This document shows positions 8,519-17,467 of a stretch of 32,000 bases of DNA, in pieces. The notes beneath the pieces were generated by a model, which worked only from the letters and a program-made list of their open reading frames with translations, was not told the origin of the DNA and made no database searches. Positions within the stretch are counted from its first letter, which is position 1. Every line of letters begins with the position of its first letter. The stretch comes from Methanothermus fervidus DSM 2088 (GTDB lineage Archaea; Methanobacteriota; Methanobacteria; DSM-2088; Methanothermaceae): NCBI GenBank assembly GCA_000166095.1, contig CP002278.1, forward strand, positions 990,001 to 1,022,000. Reading direction: 5' to 3'. The translations under genes and the position numbers were made by a program.

Positions 8519-9294
8519 TCTAGCTTCACCTTCCCTATTGTATCTCCTCTAAGACCTCTCCTTATAGTTTCAACTGCAATTATGTCTTCTGGTGGAATAT
8601 TACCCAGATTTACATTTGGACCAAGCCTTATAATGAAATATGTTTGTTGATCTTTTTGTGGAGCTTCCCATATCACTTTTTTAACAGGTAATTTTGAAAT
8701 TAAATATTCTACTTCGCTCTTTTTCACATTTCCATTTTGATCATAAACACCTACATTTCTTCCACTTTCTCTAGCTTCAATTGTGACCATTTCTACTCCA
8801 GAATTTAGATCATGTTTTGCAATTTTCACTCTTTTTTCAGGTGTGAGTTTTTTATCAATTTCTGGATTTTTTTTACCAATTTCAGAAATTACTTTAAATC
8901 CTTCATCTATAGCATTTTCTATAATTTCAGATCTTTCATCTAAAGATAAATTTATACTTCCATCAGATATTTCAATAAATTCAAATCCTAAATCTTTTGC
9001 TTCCTCAAAATACTTATCTAATTTATTTTTTAAATATGCAACCTCAAACAATGTTCCACCAGGCATGACTTTTACATCATATGAATTGTAGATCTCTATT
9101 TTTTCTTTAATCAAATCACGATCACATAAAGTTGTAGTACACCATCCAAACTTTACAAAATCTACATATTCACTTCCAATTTCCATGAGATCTTTAACTG
9201 TCTCAGCTCCAATGCCTTTATCCAGCATTACAGTTATACCAAAATTTCTAGGCTTTTCTTGTCTTTTTGGTCTCAAAAATTCAAATGCTTTCAT
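8515..9294 (-). CDS. comA: (2R)-phospho-3-sulfolactate synthase ComA (first step of coenzyme M biosynthesis)
   Basis: MKAFEFL...GITVMLDKG...[12 protein letters not shown]...[13 protein letters not shown]...[12 protein letters not shown]...IIEARESG...[12 protein letters not shown]...G.NVNLGNI...[11 protein letters not shown] matches my recollection of the characterised ComA family (M. jannaschii MJ0255). The start was set at the ATG at 9294, preceded by the SD GGGGTGA (9299-9305), rather than the track's 9330. Confidence 0.9.
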   Translation of the reverse strand: MKAFEFLRPKRQEKPRNFGITVMLDKGIGAETVKDLMEIGSEYVDFVKFGWCTTTLCDRDLIKEKIEIYNSYDVKVMPGGTLFEVAYLKNKLDKYFEEAKDLGFEFIEISDGSINLSLDERSEIIENAIDEGFKVISEIGKKNPEIDKKLTPEKRVKIAKHDLNSGVEMVTIEARESGRNVGVYDQNGNVKKSEVEYLISKLPVKKVIWEAPQKDQQTYFIIRLGPNVNLGNIPPEDIIAVETIRRGLRGDTIGKVKLE

Positions 9295-9298
9295 GCGC

Positions 9299-9305
9299 TC
9301 ACCCC
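9299..9305 (-). promoter_or_regulatory. Shine-Dalgarno site of comA (GGGGTGA)
   Basis: Plus strand tcacccc, 4 nt upstream of the ATG at 9294 on the minus strand. Confidence 0.6.
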
Positions 9306-9403
9306 TTGAACATGAGTATTTTTTGAACATGGATACTTAAAAAATTAATTAATAAAAAATATTAACTAATTAATACAAAATTCGAAAAAAATAATGAGAT
9401 AAT

Positions 9404-10615
9404 TTACCAAATATCCACAGTTTTATCCTTATTTGTAAACCTAGTTACATGTTTAAATACAGATTTTGGAGCTATGTATTTACATATTTCCACTATTTGT
9501 GGGTTACAACCTTCAATACAATATTTTAACTGTAACTTAAGAAGTTTGTGATACCTCATAAAATTTGTAAAAATGAGAGTTGTACTTACTGCATATGTAT
9601 TTGGGTATTTACCTAAATTTAATGTTATTTCTTCACCAGGATCCAAAACTAGCGAATATTCTTTGTAAAATACTTTATTTCCTTTAACACTATCAGTGTA
9701 AATACTTACATAATATGAAATCTTTACAAAGCTGTTTCCTAAATTCTTTATTGTTATATTATAGAGATAAGGTGCAAAAAAATCAGGGTCTATCATACTA
9801 TACCTAAATATAGCAAATCCACTGGCACCATTCTCCAATGCAGCCCTGATATCTTGGACTAGTTCACTTGCTGGCAACTTAACAGGATTTTTATCTGATC
9901 TATATGCAAGTATTCCTGTGACAACTGGCTTTAATGAATGCTCAACAACATATCTAGTTACTTTCCCTATCCACTCAGTTGTTTCATTGTAGTTACCTTT
10001 GTAAGCCATTGGAACAATGAAGTCTAGATATCTTGACATATTTGTGTAATCTTGGCCATATATATAGTTAGCCCACATTTCTGGCATAACTGCTGCTGAA
10101 ACTAATGCATTTGGCTTTATCTTCTTCACTGATTCATATACATACTTAACTATATCTGCTATTATATCTGTACCATTCTTTGGTGCATTTCCTGGATATC
10201 TTATGTAATCTAGGTGTATTCCATCAACGTTGTATTCCTTTATATACTTAGTTGCCTTCTGAACTAGCACATCTTTGATTTCAGGGTGCTTAACTGGGTC
10301 TATCCATGTATTGTTTTGCCTTAAGCACATTATCCATGCATGGACTCTTATATTTTCATTCTTGGCCTTGTTTATGAATTCTTTTGTGGAGTTTTGAAGT
10401 GTTGGATCCTCAAAAGCCCTTTGAAATAAAAAAATATTAGTTATATCTCTACTTTTTAAATAACTAAAACTCACATTGTCCATTTCTGTGGACCAAACCC
10501 AAACACCATTTAAAGATGTAGAAGAAATATTTTGAGCATGAACACAATCTAAATTTAAAATTAAAGCTAAGCTAATGCTAATCAATATTAAAGCCATAGG
10601 AATGTGAGAATTCAC
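9404..10615 (-). CDS. Secreted glycoside-hydrolase-like TIM-barrel protein (GHL10/DUF4015-like) with a 119-aa C-terminal domain shared with the large surface protein
   Basis: The N-terminal signal-like segment is MALILISISLALILNLDCVHA. DGIHLDYIRYPGN resembles the D-Y-I-R-[FY]-P motif of the glycosyl-hydrolase-like TIM-barrel families. The C-terminal 119 aa (9404-9763) align gaplessly with the C-terminus of the 26249-29167 product. Confidence 0.55.
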   Translation of the reverse strand: MNSHIPMALILISISLALILNLDCVHAQNISSTSLNGVWVWSTEMDNVSFSYLKSRDITNIFLFQRAFEDPTLQNSTKEFINKAKNENIRVHAWIMCLRQNNTWIDPVKHPEIKDVLVQKATKYIKEYNVDGIHLDYIRYPGNAPKNGTDIIADIVKYVYESVKKIKPNALVSAAVMPEMWANYIYGQDYTNMSRYLDFIVPMAYKGNYNETTEWIGKVTRYVVEHSLKPVVTGILAYRSDKNPVKLPASELVQDIRAALENGASGFAIFRYSMIDPDFFAPYLYNITIKNLGNSFVKISYYVSIYTDSVKGNKVFYKEYSLVLDPGEEITLNLGKYPNTYAVSTTLIFTNFMRYHKLLKLQLKYCIEGCNPQIVEICKYIAPKSVFKHVTRFTNKDKTVDIW

Positions 10616-10646
10616 ATCAGTCCCTCCAATTCTTAATATTTTTAAA

Positions 10647-12182
10647 TCAACTTATAAATTTTTCCAATATGTTAGCTATTTTATCTATATATTTAGCTAG
10701 TGGCCCCATTTTCCTTCCGGCTTTTCTTATCAACTTTATGTCTTTTTCTTCAAAACCTTTTAAAACCATGAGGAAAATTGTATAGATTACAGGACTTATG
10801 AATACCATTAATATTAACATAAAGATTGTTTTTGGTAGGAATGACAAAATAATACCCAAAAGCAATGAAGCAATTATTATTTTTGTAAATGCAGAGAAAG
10901 GAGGTTTCACTCCAGTTACTTCAAATGTTTTAAACATTGATATTAGCATTATTATAAATGTTGCAGAACTTGTAGCTGTAGCAGCTCCAACCATTCCATA
11001 AATAGGAATTAAAAACCAGTTAAATATGAAATTCAATATCGTTCCAAAGAACAGAATATACATAGGAAGTGATGGACGTCCTACTCCCTGAATTATACTG
11101 GAAGATACAACAAAGAATGTATAAAATGTCATTCCCATAACCAATATTCTCAATGGTTCGGCTCCAGGAACATATTGGCTTCCAAAAAGCAATGAAATTA
11201 CAGGTGATGCAAATACAGCTATTCCAACACATATAGGCAGCACTGTTAACATCACAATTCTATATGATTGTGTCACATAGTCTTCTAAAAGTTTTTTATT
11301 TTTTAAAGAATAAGCTTCTGAAGCTGCTGGAAGCGCTGCTGTTGCAACTGAAATGGATATTACCAAAGGTAATCTTGCAATAGGATCTGCAGCAGAATAA
11401 TATCCAAGATATATCGTAGGTAAAAAGTGACCAATTAAAAATGTATCAATATCATATATAGCCATTTCAGATAAAGCTGCAAGAATAACAGGTATTGAAA
11501 AATTTAAAAGCATTTTAGCTATTTTAATTTCTTTTTTAAAATCTATTTTTGGATATGTGAAATCATCAGCTAAATATTTTTTAAATACAATTAATGATGC
11601 TATTAAAGACACTAAAAATCCTAAAGCAGTTCCAATTACAGCCCCAACAACATAAAAACCTAAAACGACCAATATTGCTGCAAAAATAATTATACCAACT
11701 TGTTCTACAAATCTTGTTACAACGATATATTCCATTTTATAAATTCCTTGAAATAAGCCTCTAAATACTCCAACAATCACGCTAAAAGGCAATATTAGAG
11801 CTACAGCTTGTAATGGAAGTATAGCGTTTGGTTTGTGAAAAAAGTTACAAGCTATCCATGGAGAAGTAAAAAATATTACTAATGAAAATATGAACGCTAA
11901 AAGTATCATTAGTTTCATTGATACATATAAAACAGCCCTTGCATCTTCTTTTTTATCCAATACCATATATTCGGCAACATATTTAGCAATGGCTGGTGGT
12001 AGCCCCCCAGCAGCCAATATCTGGAATATTCCTTGAAAAGGCATTGTAAGTCCTAGTATACCATAACCTTCTGGCCCAAGCATCCTACTCATTAGGAATC
12101 TATAAATATATCCTCCAATACGAAAAATAAAATTACCAATTATTATTAAAAATGTCCCTTTCACAAGCTTTGAAGTACTCAT
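10647..12182 (-). CDS. MOP-superfamily polysaccharide/oligosaccharide flippase (Wzx/MurJ-like)
   Basis: 511 aa with about 14 predicted hydrophobic helices. The N-terminal NFIFRIGGYIYRFLMSRMLGPEGYGILG is typical of the polysaccharide biosynthesis protein family. Confidence 0.8.
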   Translation of the reverse strand: MSTSKLVKGTFLIIIGNFIFRIGGYIYRFLMSRMLGPEGYGILGLTMPFQGIFQILAAGGLPPAIAKYVAEYMVLDKKEDARAVLYVSMKLMILLAFIFSLVIFFTSPWIACNFFHKPNAILPLQAVALILPFSVIVGVFRGLFQGIYKMEYIVVTRFVEQVGIIIFAAILVVLGFYVVGAVIGTALGFLVSLIASLIVFKKYLADDFTYPKIDFKKEIKIAKMLLNFSIPVILAALSEMAIYDIDTFLIGHFLPTIYLGYYSAADPIARLPLVISISVATAALPAASEAYSLKNKKLLEDYVTQSYRIVMLTVLPICVGIAVFASPVISLLFGSQYVPGAEPLRILVMGMTFYTFFVVSSSIIQGVGRPSLPMYILFFGTILNFIFNWFLIPIYGMVGAATATSSATFIIMLISMFKTFEVTGVKPPFSAFTKIIIASLLLGIILSFLPKTIFMLILMVFISPVIYTIFLMVLKGFEEKDIKLIRKAGRKMGPLAKYIDKIANILEKFIS

Positions 12183-12194
12183 TAAACCACCTTT

Positions 12195-13121
12195 TTACTC
12201 TGTCAATACTACACATGCATCCTTTTCTACAAGTACCGTATGTTCTGCCTGAGAAACCCATGAATCGCTTTTTTCTTTTAAAACATGATAGGGATAAATA
12301 ATTCGTGGTCTAATAAGAACTTTTAATGCATGTTTTAATCCTTTACTTCCAAGTTTTTTCTCTAACCATCTTTCTGCAAAAGGCAATGTCCTATATTCTT
12401 TTTTCACATGTCTTAAAACACGTAATGCATATGGATCTCTCACAGGCCTATCTCTCAAAAATCTAAATATATAAGTTTCTGGTTTGTCAACAACATAACC
12501 AACACCATCTGTTGCAAATGGTTCTATTGCAACCACATCTCCTTCCCTTAATTTATGAGAGTTTTGACCCTTAACATTTGGAATAGATAATCCTGAATGT
12601 AGGACCCATCTATCAATACTATGCCCTGTTAAATTACTGATGGGTTTAAATCCAAATTTATTTATTGTATTTTCAATTACTTCACCAATTTTACCTATTT
12701 CCACACCATCTCTTATTGTATTAATAGCATTTTCTAAGGCAGATTCTGCGGCTTCTATCATTTTTTTATTTTTTTCTGCCAATTCATCGTTATAATTTTT
12801 TAAATCTTCATAACCTTCCACAAGTACTGTAGTTGCAGTGTCTCCAATGAAACCATCTACATGGACGCCTATATCAATTTTGACTAAATCACCTGGCAGT
12901 ATTTTCCTATCATCATTACATGGTGGACTGTAATGTGCTGTAATTTCATTTACTGATATATTACATGGGAATGCTGGTTTTGCACCCATTTTTTCTATTT
13001 CATTTTCTATAAATTCTGCCAAATCCAATATTTTCATTTCGCCTTTTACAGCTTTAATTGCTTTTTTTCTAACTTTTGATGCAATTTTGCCAGCTTTCTT
13101 GAACTTTTCCATGATAACCAC
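12195..13121 (-). CDS. map: Methionine aminopeptidase, type 2 (archaeal)
   Basis: FPCNISVNEITAHYSP, GDLVKIDIGVHVDGFIGDTA, TGHSIDRWVLHSG, EGDVVAIEPFATDG and AEHTVLV are the metal-ligand motifs of MetAP2. Confidence 0.92.
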   Translation of the reverse strand: MVIMEKFKKAGKIASKVRKKAIKAVKGEMKILDLAEFIENEIEKMGAKPAFPCNISVNEITAHYSPPCNDDRKILPGDLVKIDIGVHVDGFIGDTATTVLVEGYEDLKNYNDELAEKNKKMIEAAESALENAINTIRDGVEIGKIGEVIENTINKFGFKPISNLTGHSIDRWVLHSGLSIPNVKGQNSHKLREGDVVAIEPFATDGVGYVVDKPETYIFRFLRDRPVRDPYALRVLRHVKKEYRTLPFAERWLEKKLGSKGLKHALKVLIRPRIIYPYHVLKEKSDSWVSQAEHTVLVEKDACVVLTE

Positions 13122-13328
13122 TCACTTAACATGCAATTAAAAGACATTTTATCCATGCTTTTTTACAATCAAAAATTTTATTATGGATATAACTTTTCAT
13201 CCAAAAAATCAATACTACTCTAGTAAATTTTGTTACTCAAAAATAAAAACCATAATTTGAAAATTATAAATTTTTTTACACTCCTTAAATTTATACATAA
13301 AATTCAAAAATTTTATTTGTCCGAAAAC

Positions 13329-13336
13329 TTTATATA
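13329..13336 (+). promoter_or_regulatory. Archaeal TATA box (TTTATATA) with an A-rich BRE-like upstream segment, the promoter of the tRNA cluster
   Basis: cgaaaacTTTATATAtg matches the methanogen stable-RNA box A consensus TTTATATA. It sits about 37 nt upstream of the mature tRNA-Asn 5' end, which would give a short leader. Confidence 0.55.
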
Positions 13337-13372
13337 TGAAAAATTCAAAGGTAAATTATAGCTAAGAAGAAT

Positions 13373-13445
13373 GCCGCCGTAGCTCAGTAGGTAGAGCGCT
13401 CGGCTGTTAACCGAGTGGTCGCAGGTTCGAGTCCTGCCGGCGGCG
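13373..13445 (+). tRNA. tRNA-Asn (GTT)
   Basis: Manual cloverleaf: acceptor GCCGCCG/CGGCGGC, anticodon arm CTCGG-CTGTTAA-CCGAG, T arm GCAGG-TTCGAGT-CCTGC, discriminator G. No encoded CCA. Confidence 0.93.
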
Positions 13446-13452
13446 TTATTTT

Positions 13453-13526
<74 letters not shown>

Positions 13527-13539
13527 TTTTTTTCCTAAT

Positions 13540-13614
13540 GCTCCGGTGGTGTAGCCCGGCCAATCATTTCGGCCTTTCGAGCCGAAGACTCGGGTTCAAA
13601 TCCCGACCGGAGCA
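13540..13614 (+). tRNA. tRNA-Glu (TTC)
   Basis: Acceptor GCTCCGG/CCGGAGC, anticodon arm TCGGC-CTTTCGA-GCCGA, T arm TCGGG-TTCAAAT-CCCGA. Confidence 0.92.
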
Positions 13615-13637
13615 TAATTTTTTTATTTTTATTCATA

Positions 13638-13721
13638 GCGGGGGTGCCCGAGTGGTCAAAGGGGACAGGCTTAGGACCTGTTGGCGTTAGGCCTTCCAGG
13701 GTTCGAATCCCTGCCCCCGCA
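13638..13721 (+). tRNA. tRNA-Leu (TAG), class II with a long variable arm
   Basis: Acceptor GCGGGGG/CCCCCGC, anticodon arm ACAGG-CTTAGGA-CCTGT, variable arm TGGCGTTAGGCCTTC, T arm CAGGG-TTCGAAT-CCCTG. Confidence 0.92.
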
Positions 13722-13737
13722 TGTAAGAAATCACAAT

Positions 13738-13811
13738 GGCCGGGGTGGGGTAGTTGGCCATCCTTCGGGACTGTGGATCCCGCGACTCGGGTTCAAATCC
13801 CGGCCCTGGCC
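13738..13811 (+). tRNA. tRNA-His (GTG) with a genomically encoded G-1
   Basis: Acceptor G(-1)+GCCGGGG/CCCTGGC+C73, so G-1 can pair with C73. Anticodon arm CGGGA-CTGTGGA-TCCCG, T arm TCGGG-TTCAAAT-CCCGG. Confidence 0.92.
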
Positions 13812-13846
13812 TTATTTTCATCCTTTAAAACTAATTTTGTGGTATA

Positions 13847-14263
13847 ATGTATAGAAAAGGTTATTGTAGAGAATTAGATCTTGTAAATCTTTTTTGGGAT
13901 AAAGGTTTTGCAGCTCTCAGAGTAGCAGGTTCCGGAAGTTCTTCAAAACCATTGCCAGATATTGTAGCAGGGAATGGAAAAAAATATTTAGCAATAGAGG
14001 TAAAGTACACATCAAAAGAAGTTCTATATATTAATTTCAGTAAAATCGAAGAGTTAATTAAATTTTCAAAACGATTTGGAGCTGAAGCATATATAGCAGT
14101 AAAATTTAGCCATAAAGATTGGCTGTTTTTATCACCAAAAGATCTAAAGAAGACTAGAAGTGGTAACTATCGTATTGATATTGATTTAGCAATGCTGAAA
14201 GGTAAGTTATTTGAAGAGATTATTGGGGAAGAAAAACAAATGAAACTTATTGATGATCACTGA
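13847..14263 (+). CDS. hjc: Holliday junction resolvase Hjc
   Basis: KGYCRELDLVNLFWDKGFAALRVAGSGS...PDIVAGNGKKYLAIEVKYTS matches the Hjc catalytic pattern (ERE..., GSG, PD...(E/D)xK). The size of 138 aa is typical. Confidence 0.9.
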   Translation: MYRKGYCRELDLVNLFWDKGFAALRVAGSGSSSKPLPDIVAGNGKKYLAIEVKYTSKEVLYINFSKIEELIKFSKRFGAEAYIAVKFSHKDWLFLSPKDLKKTRSGNYRIDIDLAMLKGKLFEEIIGEEKQMKLIDDH

Positions 14264-15201
14264 GAATTTTTTACCATATGGACAATTCCTACCTCTACAA
14301 TAGGACCTAAAAAATGTATCTCTGCCAGTTTTTTATGACTTTTAACTTTAAAACCTTGGTTTCTTAATTTATCAATTAAAATTTTAGGATTTTCAAAATT
14401 TTCATATCTGTGGTATTCAAATATTATTTCTTTAAACATTGAAAGATCAGAATTTTTTATTATTTCATATTCGCAACCTTCACAATCCATTTTTAATAAA
14501 TATGGCTTCACATTATATTCATCAATTATTTTTTCAATTGTCGTTGATTTAACTCTAATTTTCTTTTCACCATTTGTATATGCTGAAGCACCACCACTCA
14601 TTTCTAAACCATCATATGAAATTTTTATTTCTCCTTCACTACTACTAACAGCTTTATTTATAAATTTTATTCTATCTGCCAAATTTTTATTTAAATTTAT
14701 ATTTTTTAATGCAAGTTTATACACTTCTGGGATAGGTTCAAAAGCATAAACTTTATAGCCTTTTGATGCAAAATATAAAGCTGTATCACCTATGTTACCT
14801 CCAATATCTATCACCGTTTCATCATCTTTCGCTTTTCTAACTCTATATTGTTCTTCAACAAAAGTTTCATAAATTGAATAAACTACAGAATTCAAGAACC
14901 TTATACCATTGATTTCTATAATTTTGTTGTTTCTTTGGTTTAAGAATGCTTTTAAATTATTTATTCCTACTTTGGAAAGTTTTTGAGAGCATGCTAATAT
15001 CAAGTAATCAAAATATTCTCTCTCTATATCATTTTTATCCAATTCGATGTTTCCCAAATATTTAAATGCACATTTACATTTATCTTTCAATCCTAAACGG
15101 AACAACAAAACACTTAAAGCACTTAAAGGATCTTTAGTTGCTTTAAAAATTAATTTTGTCCACAAATATTTTGACTTCAAATTTTTAATCAATCCTTCCA
15201 C
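14257..15201 (-). CDS. FkbM-family SAM-dependent methyltransferase (likely sugar O-methyltransferase)
   Basis: VIDIGGNIGDTALYFASKGYKVYAFEPIPEVY...N and LLKMDCEGCEYEI are the hallmark FkbM (TIGR01444-type) motifs. Confidence 0.8.
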   Translation of the reverse strand: MEGLIKNLKSKYLWTKLIFKATKDPLSALSVLLFRLGLKDKCKCAFKYLGNIELDKNDIEREYFDYLILACSQKLSKVGINNLKAFLNQRNNKIIEINGIRFLNSVVYSIYETFVEEQYRVRKAKDDETVIDIGGNIGDTALYFASKGYKVYAFEPIPEVYKLALKNINLNKNLADRIKFINKAVSSSEGEIKISYDGLEMSGGASAYTNGEKKIRVKSTTIEKIIDEYNVKPYLLKMDCEGCEYEIIKNSDLSMFKEIIFEYHRYENFENPKILIDKLRNQGFKVKSHKKLAEIHFLGPIVEVGIVHMVKNSQ

Positions 15202-15216
15202 CTCTTTTTAAAATTC

Positions 15217-16371
15217 TCAACTCTTAAAAGCCTCAAAATTATTATACCATTCTTTTAATTTATTTTTTAATTTCTTTTTAAATACTTCAAAGTCAAATGG
15301 CTTTGCAAATTCTCTTATTTTTTCATTATCCCATTCTAAGTCATCAAGTATATTTATTGCCTTTGCAATTGAGTTTTCATCCCCTTTAGTCACTATTCCT
15401 CCATTATAAATATTTAAACCATTTTTGTTTTGTAAATAACCAGTTTTTTTTAGTAATATTGGTGGAAAACCAGTTTTATTTACAATGACTGGTTTTCCAG
15501 CTGCAAGAGCTTCGACAGGTACAATTCCAAAATCTTCATTTTTGGGGTTATAAATGACCGCCTTACATCTTGAAAGAAGATCTAATTTTTCTTTGTTATC
15601 AACATAGCCTTTAAACTCAATTAGCTTTCCTTCATAATTTTTAACATATTCATATGTTTTTTTATCATTTCCTTCCTCTCCAATTAAAACTAATTTACTT
15701 CTAGTTTTTTCACAGGCATTTATTACAGGCATTATTTGTTTTGCTTTATCAAATCTGCCTATATGGAGAAAGAAATCTTCATTGTCTTTAAATTTATAAT
15801 TTTTGAGTTTTAAAGGAGGATACAAAATTGTTGAATCTCTTTTTAAATATTTCCATAGCCGATGCTTTATCACTTCAGAATTTACAAAATAATGATCGAC
15901 TCTTGAATCAACAATACTATCAATGTATCTAAAAAAATTCGCAAAAAAGAAAGATAAAATTCCTTGATTATATGATTTCTTCCAATAATAATGCCATAAA
16001 TCATAAAAAAATCTCATTGTTGAGTGACAGTAATTTACATGCATTACATCCTGTGGTGTAATCAAAGCTCTTGGAGGATTTCCAGATGAAATAATAATAT
16101 CAAAATCATCAATTTCACCTATATCTATCATCTCATAATACAAATAAAGGAATGATGCAATTTTTGGTTTGAAAATTCTAGCCCAGCGAGGAATATATTC
16201 AAACAAATTAATTATCTTTATTTTTCTTGCTTCTGGTTCAATTAATTCCTCATTATCTTTAAAAGCAAATGTATATATCTCTTTTTTGTCTAAAGCTTCA
16301 GCTATATCTGCTACTAATTTTTCTCCACCACCTGATATCACAAAGCTTTCATGGAAGATCCCTACTTTCAT
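15217..16371 (-). CDS. Glycosyltransferase, GT4 (GT-B fold, retaining)
   Basis: The C-terminal half carries NPKNEDFGIVPVEALAAGKPVIV (the E-x7-E motif region). Confidence 0.85.
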   Translation of the reverse strand: MKVGIFHESFVISGGGEKLVADIAEALDKKEIYTFAFKDNEELIEPEARKIKIINLFEYIPRWARIFKPKIASFLYLYYEMIDIGEIDDFDIIISSGNPPRALITPQDVMHVNYCHSTMRFFYDLWHYYWKKSYNQGILSFFFANFFRYIDSIVDSRVDHYFVNSEVIKHRLWKYLKRDSTILYPPLKLKNYKFKDNEDFFLHIGRFDKAKQIMPVINACEKTRSKLVLIGEEGNDKKTYEYVKNYEGKLIEFKGYVDNKEKLDLLSRCKAVIYNPKNEDFGIVPVEALAAGKPVIVNKTGFPPILLKKTGYLQNKNGLNIYNGGIVTKGDENSIAKAINILDDLEWDNEKIREFAKPFDFEVFKKKLKNKLKEWYNNFEAFKS

Positions 16372-16454
16372 TTTTTTACCTCACATTATTTAATTCAACA
16401 TCTATATATTTAACCGAATTAATATTATTAATAAAATTTTGAGGTGTGAAATAT

Positions 16455-17467
16455 ATGCAATGTTTGTGCTGTTGCAGTTACTCATGGTGATAGATTTAGT
16501 ATTTACGTAAGTGTATTAGTGCGGCATTTAATGAAGGTGTTAATAAGGCTATAATTGTTGACAATAATTCAGATCCTAGAAGTAGAGAAAAATTACGTAA
16601 ATATGAAGAAAATAATGATAAAATAAAAGTTATTTATTTAAATGAAAATCATGGTACTGCTGGTTTTAAGACGGGAATGATGGAAGCATACAAAGATAAA
16701 GATTGTGAATTTATATGGTTACTAGATAGTGATAGTTTACCTTGTCCTGGATCCTTGGAAGCATTGAAAAAAACTTGGAAAAAGTATAACTGTAAAAATA
16801 AAGAAAAAAATTTAGTTTTATGTTCTCGAAGACCAAAACATGAACATATATATATACAAGAATTATTTGGAAGAATATCAAAAAAATGCCTTTTGTGGAT
16901 TTTCGGTGAGCAATATTTTAAAAAGTTACTTAAAGAAATTAAATATTAAAAATTCCAAGCCTAAACGTTTTGATTTTATTGAAGTTCCTGCAACTGGATT
17001 TGGTGGCATGTTTTTTCATAAAAAGCTGTTAGATGTTGTAGGATACCCAAAAGAAGAATTTTATCTTTATTTTGATGACACTGAATGGTCCTACAGAATT
17101 ACAAAAAATGGTGGCAAAATAATAATTGTTTGGGATAGTGTTGTAGAAGATTCATTAGAACCTGGTACTGAAAATGAAGATAAGAAAGAATTTTTATCTT
17201 TATATAAGCCATCTAACTTATATAGGGTTTATTATTTTGCTAGAAATGGAGAATACTTTTTTTAGGAAAATATATCCAGCAAAACGAAATAAATTACTGT
17301 ATTATATTAACATGTTTACATTTCTTTTTATTGTCTTGCTCCACGATATATTTATTAACCATTCTTTAATAGCCTTAAAAACTATTTTAAAAGCAAAAAA
17401 GGATGGGAAAAAAGGTAATTTAGGTAAAAATCCAAATTTTGAATACCAATCCACAAAAGTAAATTAA
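16455..17467 (+). pseudogene. Decayed GT2 glycosyltransferase (rhamnosyltransferase-like) broken by at least four frameshifts
   Basis: The SD GAGGTG (16441-16446) is followed by the ATG at 16455. Homologous protein segments lie in different frames in this order: NVCAVAVTHGDRF... ; AAFNEGVNKAIIVDNNSDPRS...GTAGFKTGMMEAYKDKDCEFIWLLDSD ; NAFCGFSV...GFGGMFFHKKLLDVVGYPKEEFYLYFDDTEWSYRI...YYFARNGEYFF ; RKIYPAKRNKLLYYINMF...KDGKKGNLGK. Confidence 0.75.

Noticed and set aside
9295-9330. A 12-codon N-terminal extension of ComA (MFKKYSCSRGER).
   Set aside because: The recalled ComA N-terminus begins MKAFEFL, and the SD GGGGTGA sits inside the putative extension, directly upstream of the ATG at 9294.
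13122-13328. Short inverted repeats (ATCCAT...ATGGAT, TGGAT-N11-ATCCA) in the map/tRNA divergent spacer, considered as a possible ncRNA or operator.
   Set aside because: The stems are only 5-6 bp in very AT-rich DNA, which is within chance expectation, and no supporting promoter or terminator context was found.
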